Assembly (NCBI GenBank): GCA_013140605.1
Contig: JABFSL010000042.1
Span: forward strand, 31,168-95,167
Direction of reading: 5' to 3'
DNA from: Anaerolineales bacterium
Lineage (GTDB): Bacteria > Chloroflexota > Anaerolineae > Anaerolineales > Villigracilaceae
DNA: 64,000 nucleotides
Below the pieces are notes generated by a model. That model saw only the letters and a list, made by a program, of their open reading frames with translations. It was not told the DNA's origin and searched no databases. A program made the position numbers and the translations under genes. Position 1 is the first letter of the stretch; every line of letters begins with the position of its first letter. Shown piece by piece: positions 49,488 to 58,747 of this stretch.

Positions 49488-49925
49488 ATGCGCCTATTAA
49501 TCCAGCGAGTTTCCCACGCAAGTGTTGCTGTCGAACAAAAGACCATTTCCATGATCGGGAATGGTCTGCTGATTTTATTGGGCATCGGTCACGATGATGG
49601 GGAAGAGCAAACTGTGTTCCTTGCAGAAAAAACCGCGAACTTGCGAATATTTGAAGATGAACAAGGCAAGACCAATCTCTCAGTATTGGATGTTAATGGT
49701 GAAGCCATCGTTGTTTCACAATTCACCTTGTATGCTGATACTCGTAAAGGACGCCGTCCTTCTTTTATAGATGCGGCATTACCTGAAGCCGCTTCTCCAT
49801 TGGTGGATCGTTTCGTTGAATTGCTGCGCTCCCATGGCGTGCCGACTCAAACAGGTCAATTTGGAGCGCATATGGAAGTGGAAATTCATAATGATGGCCC
49901 TGTAACCATCTGGCTGGAAAAATAA
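49488..49925 (+). CDS. dtd: D-aminoacyl-tRNA deacylase
   Basis: [20 protein letters not shown] and NDGPVT motifs. Confidence 0.96.
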   Translation: MRLLIQRVSHASVAVEQKTISMIGNGLLILLGIGHDDGEEQTVFLAEKTANLRIFEDEQGKTNLSVLDVNGEAIVVSQFTLYADTRKGRRPSFIDAALPEAASPLVDRFVELLRSHGVPTQTGQFGAHMEVEIHNDGPVTIWLEK

Positions 49926-49930
49926 ATCCA

Positions 49931-50422
49931 ATGTCTTCTCATCCCAACTTATTCCAACGCGGCTTGCTCTATATTTTTATGCAAAAATCAGTCACAGCCA
50001 TTATCACTCCCATCCTGCACAGGGTCGATGGTTTTTTCTGGAAAATAAGCGGGGGACGTTTATTCTTCTCCAGTTGGCTCGTTGGAATACCGGCGTTTCG
50101 GATCACCTCGATAGGTGCAAAAAGCAAACAACCGCGCACCCTTGTTTTGTATGGATTTAGCGAAGGCGAGCAAATCGCATTGATCGCCTCAAACTTTGGG
50201 CAGGCCCATAACCCTTCCTGGTATTACAACCTCAAGGCCAACCCGAAATGTCAGGTTGAATGGAAGGGAGTATCACGCGAATATGTCGCTCGTGAAGCCG
50301 TTGGTGAAGAGCGGGAAAGATTTTGGCGGCTGGCTGTCTCCTATTACAAGGGCTACGATCTATACAAAATCCGTGCCGCGCACCGGCATATTCCGGTGCT
50401 AATTTTGGAGCCAACAAAATAA
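49931..50422 (+). CDS. Deazaflavin (F420)-dependent nitroreductase-family oxidoreductase (DDN-like)
   Basis: GAKSKQPRT, IASNFG..PSWYYNLKANP and RHIPVLIL motifs. Confidence 0.88.
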   Translation: MSSHPNLFQRGLLYIFMQKSVTAIITPILHRVDGFFWKISGGRLFFSSWLVGIPAFRITSIGAKSKQPRTLVLYGFSEGEQIALIASNFGQAHNPSWYYNLKANPKCQVEWKGVSREYVAREAVGEERERFWRLAVSYYKGYDLYKIRAAHRHIPVLILEPTK

Positions 50423-50595
50423 TTGTCAAGATGAGAATTTCATGATAAAGTTGCGCTCGTAGGATGCAAGTGGCTTTTCGTTGTGGAAGTAAAAAGACGA
50501 GGCTCAAAGCGCAACCTTTGAGTCGTTTTGTTTAACCGCCCGATGAAAGACATACTGCGTCACCTTATTTTTTTATTTGCTGTAGGAGGCAAAAA

Positions 50596-50805
50596 ATGTC
50601 TGATCGTGTAATCGGTACGGTTAAATGGTTCAATGGTACAAAGGGTTTCGGCTTCATCGAACGTGAAGGCGGCCCGGATGTCTTCGTCCACTTCTCTGCC
50701 ATCAAGGGCGACGGCTTCAAGAACCTTCAGGAAGGCCAGAAAGTCGAATTCACAATCGAAAAAGGCCCCAAAGGTTTGCAAGCTGCTGACGTCGTAGTTC
50801 TGTAA
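50596..50805 (+). CDS. Cold-shock protein
   Basis: [22 protein letters not shown] and GPKGLQA motifs. Confidence 0.97.
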   Translation: MSDRVIGTVKWFNGTKGFGFIEREGGPDVFVHFSAIKGDGFKNLQEGQKVEFTIEKGPKGLQAADVVVL

Positions 50806-50818
50806 ATCATAACCAACC

Positions 50819-50854
50819 AAAAAGAGTCCCGCTGAAAAGCGGGACTCTTTTTTT
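50819..50854 (+). terminator. Intrinsic terminator after the csp gene
   Basis: aaagagtcccgc-tgaaaa-gcgggactcttttttt. Confidence 0.85.
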
Positions 50855-50930
50855 ATTTTGGATGAAGGGGTGCGTCGCACCTTACTTAATGAGGAAATCT
50901 GACCGAGTAGATTCTACTGCTTTATTGGAT

Positions 50931-51695
50931 TTATCCACCCGTCTGGTGCGACGCACTCGTATCATGCGGGACCCAAAGCTGGGCATCTGTTTCGACAGCC
51001 ATCGCCCCAGTTGACAGCATATCCGCCGCATCTTGTTCTGTCCACACACCGCCAGCCCCGATGATTGGAATCCCGATCATCGCCGCCGAGCGGACAATGT
51101 CCAACGAGCGCGGAAATAACGATTGACCATACAGTCTTCCCGTAATTGGTTTGTTGTCACGCATCATCGCCCCGCGCGGACTTGATATGCTGATCGCCGC
51201 CGCGCCACTTTGAATCAACTTTGGGCCTAAAGACAATATCTGTTCAGTGGGCAGCGAAAATATTAACGGCAATTCCCCGACACACATTTCTAAATTCAAT
51301 AGAATAATATCGTCTGACAATAGCGGGGCAAAGCCAAGCTCAATCGCCATGACATTCTCGATGTTTTCAAGACTTCTTACCATTTGCTGAGTTTCTTCTG
51401 GACGGTCAGCCATCAAGTTGACAATGATGGGCATATCCGCGCGGTTCCAGCGTGCGCCATGTTTTTTGAGCACGGATGACAGCCCGGAATTCGGTAGGCC
51501 CGTATGCAGCAGGAATCCGCCGGGGAATTCGATCAAAGCCGGTTGGGCAGCAGGCAGGCGCGAGCGCAGAGAGATCGGATTCGTGATGAACGCGCCGAAC
51601 GAATCCAAATCAATCCCATTGCGCGGATCGGGCGCGAATCCAAGTGATCCCGCCGCATTCATGATTGGTTTGCTAAAATAGAGGTCACGTTTCAT
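50931..51695 (-). CDS. Degenerate dihydroorotate dehydrogenase-like FMN-barrel protein
   Basis: KPIMNAAG, TGLPNSG, TGRLYG and IPIIGAGGV match family-1 DHOD; catalytic NxSCP loop absent. Confidence 0.75.
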   Translation of the reverse strand: MKRDLYFSKPIMNAAGSLGFAPDPRNGIDLDSFGAFITNPISLRSRLPAAQPALIEFPGGFLLHTGLPNSGLSSVLKKHGARWNRADMPIIVNLMADRPEETQQMVRSLENIENVMAIELGFAPLLSDDIILLNLEMCVGELPLIFSLPTEQILSLGPKLIQSGAAAISISSPRGAMMRDNKPITGRLYGQSLFPRSLDIVRSAAMIGIPIIGAGGVWTEQDAADMLSTGAMAVETDAQLWVPHDTSASHQTGG

Positions 51696-51706
51696 ATGTT
51701 GTGTTC

Positions 51707-51792
51707 ATGTCGTTGCGAGCGCTCTTTGCGAAGCAACCTCCAACGATGAGGAGATTGCTTCGTCGCCGCAAAGCGGCTTCTCGCAACGACAT
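51707..51792. repeat. REP-like element (GTCGTTGCGAG family)
   Basis: atgtcgttgcgag..gaagcaacctc..gagattgcttc..ctcgcaacgacat. Confidence 0.88.
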
Positions 51793-51808
51793 AATGATCA
51801 GGAGAATC

Positions 51809-52969
51809 ATGCAGGCATTAACTGGAATCAAAGTGTTAGATTTAAGCCGCGTGCTGGCTGGCCCTTATTGTACGATGGTTCTCGGTGACCTGGGAGCGGA
51901 TGTGATCAAAGTGGAGCCGCCCGAAGGTGACGAGACACGCGGTTGGGGGCCGCCGTTTGCAGGAGGGGAGAGTGCGTATTATTTATGCGTCAACCGCAAC
52001 AAGCGCGGCATTGTGATCAACTTGAAAACCGATGAAGGCAAAAAGATATTGCGTGACCTCGCGCTGCGGAGTGATGTGCTGGTTGAAAATTTCCGTCCGG
52101 GCACATTGAATAAATTTGGTCTGGATTATGAAACTCTGCATGAGTTGAATCCAAAGTTGATCTATTGCTCAATCACAGGTTTTGGACAAACGGGTTCCAT
52201 GAAGGATAAGCCCGGTTATGATTTTATGATCCAGGCGCTGGGCGGATTGATGAGCATTACAGGTGTGCCAGATGGCGAGCCGATGAAAACAGGCGTGGCC
52301 GTCGTGGACTTGTTCGCGGGGCAGAATGCGATCATTGCTATTCTCGCCGCGTTGCAAGCGCGCACGCTGACAGGGCACGGACAGCATCTTGATATTTCAT
52401 TGTTTGATTCGCAATTAGGCTGGCTGGCGAACGTTGCCAGTAATTATTTAATTTCTGGCAAACTGCCAAAGCGTCACGGCAACGCGCACGCGAATATCGT
52501 GCCGTATCAAAGTTTTCAGGCCAGTGACGGTTGGTTTGCGATTGCGGTGGGGAATGATAAACAGTTTGCGCGCTTATGTGAAATGCTTGGTAAACCCGAG
52601 ATTGCACTTGATGAAAAATTCGCCACGAATTCCGGGCGTGTGGAAAATCGCGCTGAGATCATCTCTTTGCTGGCTTCTATTTTCAAGAATGCTTCTGTCT
52701 CTGAGTGGTTGACAAAACTTGACGAAGCCGAAATCCCATGCGGACCGATTCAAAATTTTGAGCAGGTCTTTTCCATGCCAACTGTGCAAGAACGCGAGAT
52801 GCTTGTGAAGATGAATCATCCTACGATTGGTGAGTTGCCTTTGGTTGGTTCACCGTTGAAGATGACTGATACACCCGTGGAGTATCGTCTACATCCGCCG
52901 TTGATGGGGGAGCATACGGATGAGGTGTTGCGGGAGTTGGGGTATCTTGATGATGGAAGGGATGAATAA
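51809..52969 (+). CDS. CaiB/BaiF family (class III) CoA-transferase
   Basis: VLDLSRVLAGP, GADVIKVE, NRNKR, VENFRPG and SITGFG motifs; start at 51809 after RBS ggaga. Confidence 0.95.
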   Translation: MQALTGIKVLDLSRVLAGPYCTMVLGDLGADVIKVEPPEGDETRGWGPPFAGGESAYYLCVNRNKRGIVINLKTDEGKKILRDLALRSDVLVENFRPGTLNKFGLDYETLHELNPKLIYCSITGFGQTGSMKDKPGYDFMIQALGGLMSITGVPDGEPMKTGVAVVDLFAGQNAIIAILAALQARTLTGHGQHLDISLFDSQLGWLANVASNYLISGKLPKRHGNAHANIVPYQSFQASDGWFAIAVGNDKQFARLCEMLGKPEIALDEKFATNSGRVENRAEIISLLASIFKNASVSEWLTKLDEAEIPCGPIQNFEQVFSMPTVQEREMLVKMNHPTIGELPLVGSPLKMTDTPVEYRLHPPLMGEHTDEVLRELGYLDDGRDE

Positions 52970-53009
52970 AAATTAATGCTAAAAATAATTGGGTTTATAC
53001 TATGCCCAA
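52792..53009 (+). repeat. Direct repeat A1: CoA-transferase 3' end plus TTGGGTTTATACTATGCCCAA
   Basis: aligns with 53816-54033. Confidence 0.9.
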
Positions 53010-53815
53010 CGATTTTCTATTTCAGAGTCATTGCATTTGAAATCTTCATGTTTGCGTTGGCACACTTTCCTTCAGTTAATAAAGGATTAAAATAATGTCA
53101 GAAGAACAACAAATGAGAAAAGTTATTTTTGCAATCAATATCACGATAGACGGCTGCTGCGGACATGAATCGGTAGTCGCCGACGACGAACTGCACGAGT
53201 ACTTCACCGGGCTCCTGCGGGATTCAGGCGTTGAAATTTTCGGGCGCAACACGTATCACTTGATGTATCCGTACTGGCACGATGTCGCAGTGAATCAATC
53301 GGAAACGAAAGTGACCAACGAATTCGCGCGTACATTCGATTCCATGCAAAAGATCGTCTTTTCAACGACGTTGAAGAGCGTAGAGTGGAACAACACGACG
53401 CTCCTCCACTCAAATCTTCGAGAAGAGATTATGAAGTTAAAACAACAGCCAGGAAAAAATATTTCCATTGGTGGACTGAACATCGCAGCGCAAGTTGCAC
53501 AATGGGATCTCATCGACGAGTATCACTTTGTCGTTCACCCGATCATTGCGGGAAAAGGTCCCCGCTTGTTCGAAACGGGCAGGAACCTTACATTAAAACT
53601 TGTCGGGTCAAAAACGTTTCGTTCGGGAGTTGTTGCGTTACATTATAAGAAATAATTCTTTATGGAAACCAAAGGATTGCTGTTCGGTTCCATCGGTTTG
53701 GAAAGAGTGAGACATGTATTTCTAACGGTGGCATTATCGATCTCCTGATGAGTAGTGCTGCCTGGCGTGGTTGGTCAATTCTTCGGAGAGACGCTTCAAA
53801 CAATGCACCTGAATC
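53010..53815. mobile_element. Small acquired segment (one DHFR-like gene) bracketed by repeats A1 and A2
   Basis: flanking direct repeats; no recombinase gene inside. Confidence 0.5.
53095..53655 (+). CDS. DHFR/RibD C-terminal-like reductase
   Basis: NITIDG, FGRNTY, KIVFSTTL, DLIDEYHFVVHPIIAGKGPRLF and SGVVALHY motifs. Confidence 0.9.
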   Translation: MSEEQQMRKVIFAINITIDGCCGHESVVADDELHEYFTGLLRDSGVEIFGRNTYHLMYPYWHDVAVNQSETKVTNEFARTFDSMQKIVFSTTLKSVEWNNTTLLHSNLREEIMKLKQQPGKNISIGGLNIAAQVAQWDLIDEYHFVVHPIIAGKGPRLFETGRNLTLKLVGSKTFRSGVVALHYKK

Positions 53816-53993
53816 ACGCGAGATACTTGTGAAAATGGATCATCCCACCATTGGTGAATTGCCTTTAGTCGGCTCGCCGTTGAAGATGAGCGACACGCCC
53901 GTGGAATATCGTCTCCCGCCGCCGTTGATGGGGGAGCATACGGAGGATGTGTTGAGGGAGTTGGGATATGGGGATGATGGAAGGAAGGTGTAA
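53816..53993 (+). pseudogene. Orphan 3' fragment of the CaiB/BaiF gene (repeat A2 extends to 54033)
   Basis: EILVKMDHPTIGELPLVGSPLKMSDTPVEYRLPPPLMGEHTEDVLRELGY versus host EMLVKMNHPTIGELPLVGSPLKMTDTPVEYRLHPPLMGEHTDEVLRELGY. Confidence 0.9.
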
Positions 53994-54141
53994 AACTCCA
54001 AACTCTAAATAGTTGGGTTTATACTATGCCCAATGTTTATTTGCCCAGAACTGCTTACACAAACGGTTAAGGTGTGTGCATTATCAATAATATTGACAAA
54101 TAATTTTGTTATTTCTACTAAATAATAACGAGGAAAATAAA

Positions 54142-54747
54142 ATGCCAAAATACCAGGGACACCGAAATATAGTTCACCCAGATGGAAGTAATGATTCTTC
54201 ATGGCTAGTATATACATGCGCTAACTGTAATACAAATGTGTCTGGTGCAGTAGTGTCAGCTTTTAATAACGGTTATGGGGTTGTCAAGTGGTTGCTATGT
54301 TCTAGCTGTGGGGAAGGTTCTGTGCAATTATCCAATACCCTTATTTATCCCAGTGCTTCATTCGGGCCAATCATTGATGGATTGCCCGATGATGTAAAGA
54401 TTGCATATACAGAAGCTCGGAATTGCATATCAACTAATGCGATAACTGCTTGCGAACTTATGTGCCGCAAAATATTAATGCATGTTGCTGTTGAGAAGGG
54501 TGCCAAGGAAGGAGATACCTTTGCGGCATATCTGACACATCTTGAGGGGTTAGGATATATAACCCCTCCTATGAAAATATGGGTCGGGTTAATTCGTGAA
54601 AATGGAAATGAGGCTACGCATTTATTAGCAACACCTCCAAGAGAACGAGTAGAAAGCACTTTGTTTTTTACGGCGGAACTTCTACGCTTGGTTTATGAAA
54701 TGGAATTTTTGGCAAGGAAATATGTTCCAAAAGCACCAAACCCATAA
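54142..54747 (+). CDS. Zinc-ribbon + DUF4145 (HEPN-like) protein
   Basis: CxxC..CxxC; AYTEARNC..ACELMCRKIL; IRENGNEATH; AT-rich. Confidence 0.8.
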   Translation: MPKYQGHRNIVHPDGSNDSSWLVYTCANCNTNVSGAVVSAFNNGYGVVKWLLCSSCGEGSVQLSNTLIYPSASFGPIIDGLPDDVKIAYTEARNCISTNAITACELMCRKILMHVAVEKGAKEGDTFAAYLTHLEGLGYITPPMKIWVGLIRENGNEATHLLATPPRERVESTLFFTAELLRLVYEMEFLARKYVPKAPNP

Positions 54748-54803
54748 AATTGTATTGGGAATATTGACTGGAGCTTGAAGTAGATGACATCATCACCATC
54801 CCT

Positions 54804-54961
54804 TCATAAAAAATCTCCGAGTTCTTCAAGAACTCGGAGATTTGGTTTTAACTTATGCTGTTTCGATCAATTCCATTGCTTCCAACATTTCTTCGTTGCT
54901 GGAGAACTTGAATTCCAGGAGTCCACGTTTTTTTGGCTTCTTCCGCTCGACTACTTCGAGC
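54804..54961 (-). pseudogene. Direct repeat B1: frameshifted orphan 3' end of the FAD oxidoreductase gene plus its terminator
   Basis: aligns with 61506-61664; encodes EEAKKRGLLEFKFSSNEEMLEAMELIETA*; 1-nt deletion; hairpin aaatctccgagttct/agaactcggagattt. Confidence 0.9.
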
Positions 54962-55044
54962 CATGTTTTGCTTCTGAAGGAAACGACTGCTATCAAGCTT
55001 GAAAATGGGGGAATACAACAAAGTACCCAAATGACCGAACTACA

Positions 55045-55073
55045 TTGACAGACATAGTACTTTGATGTATATT
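55045..55073 (+). promoter_or_regulatory. Sigma70 promoter TTGACA-17-TATATT of the padR operon
   Basis: -10 box ends 6 nt before ATG 55080, consistent with a leaderless mRNA. Confidence 0.7.
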
Positions 55074-55079
55074 GTACCT

Positions 55080-55421
55080 ATGGATGAGTCAACAACCCCC
55101 AACAAAATCTCCTCAGACCTCCTTAGAGGTCATACCGATACGATTATCCTGAAGTTATTGCTAAGCGGTGACAAATATGGGTATGAAATATCGAAATTGA
55201 TCCATATAAATTCCTCCGGTGAGTATGAACTCAAGGAAGCTACCATGTACTCAAGTCTAAAGAGGCTGGAGGGTGACGGCTGTATCACTTCCTATTGGGG
55301 TGATGAGTCCCAGGGCGGCAGAAGACGGTATTACCAGATCACCGCAAGAGGTAAAAAGGCGTATTCTGAAAATAAAGATAACTGGGAATACGCAAAGCGC
55401 GTACTCGATAACTTATTGTAA
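55080..55421 (+). CDS. PadR-family transcriptional regulator
   Basis: DLLRGHTD, YGYEI, ATMYSSLKRLE and RRRYYQIT motifs. Confidence 0.93.
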   Translation: MDESTTPNKISSDLLRGHTDTIILKLLLSGDKYGYEISKLIHINSSGEYELKEATMYSSLKRLEGDGCITSYWGDESQGGRRRYYQITARGKKAYSENKDNWEYAKRVLDNLL

Positions 55422-55436
55422 AGGAGATGTGATGTT

Positions 55437-56363
55437 ATGAACGAGAAATTAAACCAATATTTGGATGGCGTTTTTGCACCCTATGATGGAGTAAAAAGCG
55501 TCGCCGAGCTAAAGGCCGATCTGCTCTCCGATTTGCAGGAGCGGTTCCGTGAACTCAAGGCCGAAGGCAAGGACGATGAAACGGCCTTTGCGATGACCGT
55601 TGACAGTATCGGCGACATCGAACAAACGGTACAGGAGGTCGCTAGTCTCTCCCGCTCATTGGAGCGGCAGGTGCTAATAAACTTCAGCGGGAGCAACCTG
55701 CCAGAGAGCGACTTTGCAGGCGTTACTGTGCATAAAGGGAAATTTGAAGGAAGTGCATTGCACGACTCCAACTTTGCAGGTGCAGCCTTGACTGGCAGCT
55801 CGTTTGTAGGCAGCGATGTGCGTGATACCAATTTTGCAAACGCAGACTTAACTGGCAGCTCGTTTAAGGCCAGCGATGTGCGCGAAGTCAATTTTGACGG
55901 GGCAAATCTGACAGATTGCACCCTGTACGCGAGTGACTTTACGGGTGCAAGCTTCAACAAAGCCATTCTTGTGCGCACCCAAATCAACGCGTCAGAGCTG
56001 AGCGGGGCAAAATTCAGCGATGTAAAACTGGTTGACGTAAAGCTGACGGCTACCGACCTTAGGAAAATAGTCTTTGAGAAGTGTACCTTCAACGGTGTGG
56101 ACTTCAAATACTGTGACCTGCAAGGGCAGTGCCTGGACGGAATGACCTTTATTGGCGTCCACTTTGACAGGGTGGAGCTGAAGGAAGTTACGTTTAAAGG
56201 CGCAACATTTAAAAATGTGTCCTTCCTTCCGTCGTTTGCCTTGACGAATAAATACTACCGTGCCATCAAAGCCATTAACTTTGACGGTGCCATGATGGAT
56301 AAGCTGACCTACGCCGCACTCAAAGGTTTGGGAGTCGATTTATCAAAAGTTACTGTTATCTAA
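55437..56363 (+). CDS. Pentapeptide-repeat protein with N-terminal helical (HAAS/permease-prefix-like) domain
   Basis: YLDGVF..ELKADLLSDLQERF..SIGDIE; many A(D/N)Lxx/SxFxx pentapeptide coils. Confidence 0.88.
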   Translation: MNEKLNQYLDGVFAPYDGVKSVAELKADLLSDLQERFRELKAEGKDDETAFAMTVDSIGDIEQTVQEVASLSRSLERQVLINFSGSNLPESDFAGVTVHKGKFEGSALHDSNFAGAALTGSSFVGSDVRDTNFANADLTGSSFKASDVREVNFDGANLTDCTLYASDFTGASFNKAILVRTQINASELSGAKFSDVKLVDVKLTATDLRKIVFEKCTFNGVDFKYCDLQGQCLDGMTFIGVHFDRVELKEVTFKGATFKNVSFLPSFALTNKYYRAIKAINFDGAMMDKLTYAALKGLGVDLSKVTVI

Positions 56364-56404
56364 GGGTTCGTAAAAATATAATTTCCCTCACCTGCCGCCG
56401 AACC

Positions 56405-56508
56405 ATGTCTTTGCGAAGGCGCACTTGCTCTTCGCCCGAAGCAATCCCCTCGCTGATACGGAGATTGCTTCGCCGCCAAAGACCAAGAGCGGCGGCTCGC
56501 AACGACAT
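56405..56508. repeat. REP-like element (GAAGCAATC..GATTGCTTC family)
   Basis: atgtctttgcga..gaagcaatc..gagattgcttc..ctcgcaacgacat. Confidence 0.85.
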
Positions 56509-56551
56509 TGCGGGAAGTTAATAATTTACAGACCCTAAGGAGAAGAAGAAT

Positions 56552-57313
56552 ATGCTAAACAATTCAATCCAAGTGAAAGGGCTGCAAAAGTCCTATAAGA
56601 AACTTCATGTTCTAAAGGGTGTCGATTTTGAGGTGGAAAAAGGCAGTATTTTCGCCCTGCTCGGCTCCAACGGTGCGGGCAAGACCACGATTGTCAAAAT
56701 CCTCACCACGCTGCTCAAACAGGATAGCGGAACTGCCAGCGTCAACGGCTTCGACGTTGCGGCAAAGCCCGACGATGTGCGGCAGTCGATCAGCTTGACC
56801 GGGCAATTCGCCGCCGTGGATGAAATTTTGACTGGTCGGGAAAATCTGATAATGATTGCCAGGCTGCGGCATCTCAAAGATCCGCATCAGGTCACGGATG
56901 ATCTGCTGAACCGCTTCGGCCTGACCGACGCTGCCGATCGCGGAGTATCCACCTATTCGGGCGGTATGCGCCGCAGACTCGACATCGCCATGAGCCTGGT
57001 AGGGAAACCGCAGATCATTTTCCTCGACGAGCCCACTAACGGGCTTGACCCCGAAGCGCGTATCGAGGTTTGGAAGACTGTCAAAGAGCTTGCTAATAAC
57101 GGCACGACGGTACTTCTGACTACACAGTATTTGGACGAAGCTGAACAGCTCGCCGACAGAATTGCCATTCTGCATGAAGGGAAAATTATCGCGAACGGCA
57201 CACTCGCGGAACTGAAGAAGCTGTTTCCGCCCGCAAAGGTGGAATATATTGAAAAACAGCCGAGCTTGGAGGAAATATTCCTCGCAATCGTCGGCAAGAA
57301 AGAGGAAAAGTAA
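56552..57313 (+). CDS. ABC exporter ATP-binding protein (DrrA-like)
   Basis: GSNGAGKT, YSGGMRRRLD and FLDEPT motifs. Confidence 0.95.
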   Translation: MLNNSIQVKGLQKSYKKLHVLKGVDFEVEKGSIFALLGSNGAGKTTIVKILTTLLKQDSGTASVNGFDVAAKPDDVRQSISLTGQFAAVDEILTGRENLIMIARLRHLKDPHQVTDDLLNRFGLTDAADRGVSTYSGGMRRRLDIAMSLVGKPQIIFLDEPTNGLDPEARIEVWKTVKELANNGTTVLLTTQYLDEAEQLADRIAILHEGKIIANGTLAELKKLFPPAKVEYIEKQPSLEEIFLAIVGKKEEK

Positions 57314-58081
57314 ATGGAAACGATAAAGAACTATTTTTTCAGCGACATGGGCGTCATGCTTGAACGTTCCATGCGCCATATTTTCCGCAGCATGGATACC
57401 ATCATCACGACCACCATCATGCCGATTGCGCTTATGCTGTTGTTCGTCTATGTGTTCGGCGGCGCCATTCAAACCGGCACGGATAACTATGTGAATTACC
57501 TGTTGCCCGGTATACTGCTGATTACCATTGCAAACAGTATAGGCTATGTGTCTTTCCGCCTGTTTACCGATGTGCAACGGGGAATATTCGAGCGTTTCCA
57601 CTCCATGCCGATTGCGCGTTCGGCCGCGCTGTGGGGGCACGTGCTGACCTCACTGGTGTCCAATACGATTTCGGTTGTCGTCATCATTCTCGTGGCGCTC
57701 GTGATGGGCTTCCGCTCGCCGGCAGGCGTATTGTCATGGCTTGCCGTGGCCGGTATACTCGCGCTGTTTTCGCTGGCCTTGACCTGGATTGCGGCGATTG
57801 CCGGGTTGTCCGCAAAATCGTTGGATGGCGCAATTGCAATTGCCTATCCGATTCACCTCCTGCCGTTAATTAGCTCGGCATTTGTGCCGACCGCGACGAT
57901 GCCTTTGGCCGTTCGCGTCTTTGCCGAAAATCAGCCTGTGACCTCGATAATAGAGACCATCCGTGCGTTGCTGTCAGGTCAGCCGGTGGGCAATGATATC
58001 TGGATTGCGCTCGCGTGGTGCGTCGGGATTATGCTCGTGGCTTATGTCTTTGCGATGAGGGTGTATAAAAAACGGGTGTAA
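57314..58081 (+). CDS. ABC-2 type permease (DrrB-like)
   Basis: YVFGGAI, YLLPGILL, ERFHSMPI, SSAFVP and NQPVT motifs. Confidence 0.93.
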   Translation: METIKNYFFSDMGVMLERSMRHIFRSMDTIITTTIMPIALMLLFVYVFGGAIQTGTDNYVNYLLPGILLITIANSIGYVSFRLFTDVQRGIFERFHSMPIARSAALWGHVLTSLVSNTISVVVIILVALVMGFRSPAGVLSWLAVAGILALFSLALTWIAAIAGLSAKSLDGAIAIAYPIHLLPLISSAFVPTATMPLAVRVFAENQPVTSIIETIRALLSGQPVGNDIWIALAWCVGIMLVAYVFAMRVYKKRV

Positions 58082-58180
58082 TGAAAACTTGAAAAAATCT
58101 TTTCATTTTCTGTGTATCCATTTTTCTCTTCGCAGATTCAAGTATCAAGTGCAACTTTGAAGACAGTCAAAAGAGGTAAC

Positions 58181-58690
58181 ATGGAATTTAGCATTCTTTA
58201 TCAGGAACTTCAAAATAGCACAGAGATGATCCGTGCTTTATTGTCGGGAGTCGCACCAGAGGCAGCACGCCTCAAACCGAGTGCGGAGTCGTGGTCAATG
58301 CTCGAGGCGGTGTGTCACTTATACGATGTAGAGCGCGAAGATTTTCGAGAACATCTCGATTTCATTCTTTACCGCCAAAATGAAAAATGGCATGAGATTG
58401 ACTCCGATCGTTTGGTAACAGAGCGAAAATATAACGAACAGAACTTCGCTGACATGCTGGAAAAATTCTTTGCCGAACGTGAAAAATCACTTGCCTGGCT
58501 CAATGAATTGCAGAATCCAGATTGGGGGAAAACTTTTACAACGGAGTACCGCACAATCAGTGCGGGAGAGATGTTCGCCTGTTGGGTTGCGCATGACAAT
58601 CTCCATATCCGCCAATTGGTGGAACTCAGGCGCATGAGGCTGGAAAATATCACAAAGCCTTACAATCTCGAATACGCAGGTGATTGGTAA
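58181..58690 (+). CDS. DinB/YfiT-family metalloprotein
   Basis: WSMLEAVCHL and WVAHDNLHIRQL motifs; start at 58181 after RBS gagg. Confidence 0.88.
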   Translation: MEFSILYQELQNSTEMIRALLSGVAPEAARLKPSAESWSMLEAVCHLYDVEREDFREHLDFILYRQNEKWHEIDSDRLVTERKYNEQNFADMLEKFFAEREKSLAWLNELQNPDWGKTFTTEYRTISAGEMFACWVAHDNLHIRQLVELRRMRLENITKPYNLEYAGDW

Positions 58691-58747
58691 CTGATAGATG
58701 CGAAATGCACAAGCGAAGGTTCTGTTCAAATGGTATAGGAGATTCTA

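Noticed and set aside
52983-53010. Xer dif or pdif site reading of the 21-bp palindrome
   Set aside because: It does not fit the 11-6-11 layout, and there is no TTATGTTAAA-like XerD arm in the right register.
53720-53729. TTCTAACGGT as a third attC end
   Set aside because: Matches the 59254-59263 end over only 10 nt, in opposite orientation, with no partner arm.
55437-56363. Calling the pentapeptide protein Qnr
   Set aside because: It has an extra N-terminal domain and no Qnr-specific loops could be recognised; function left open.
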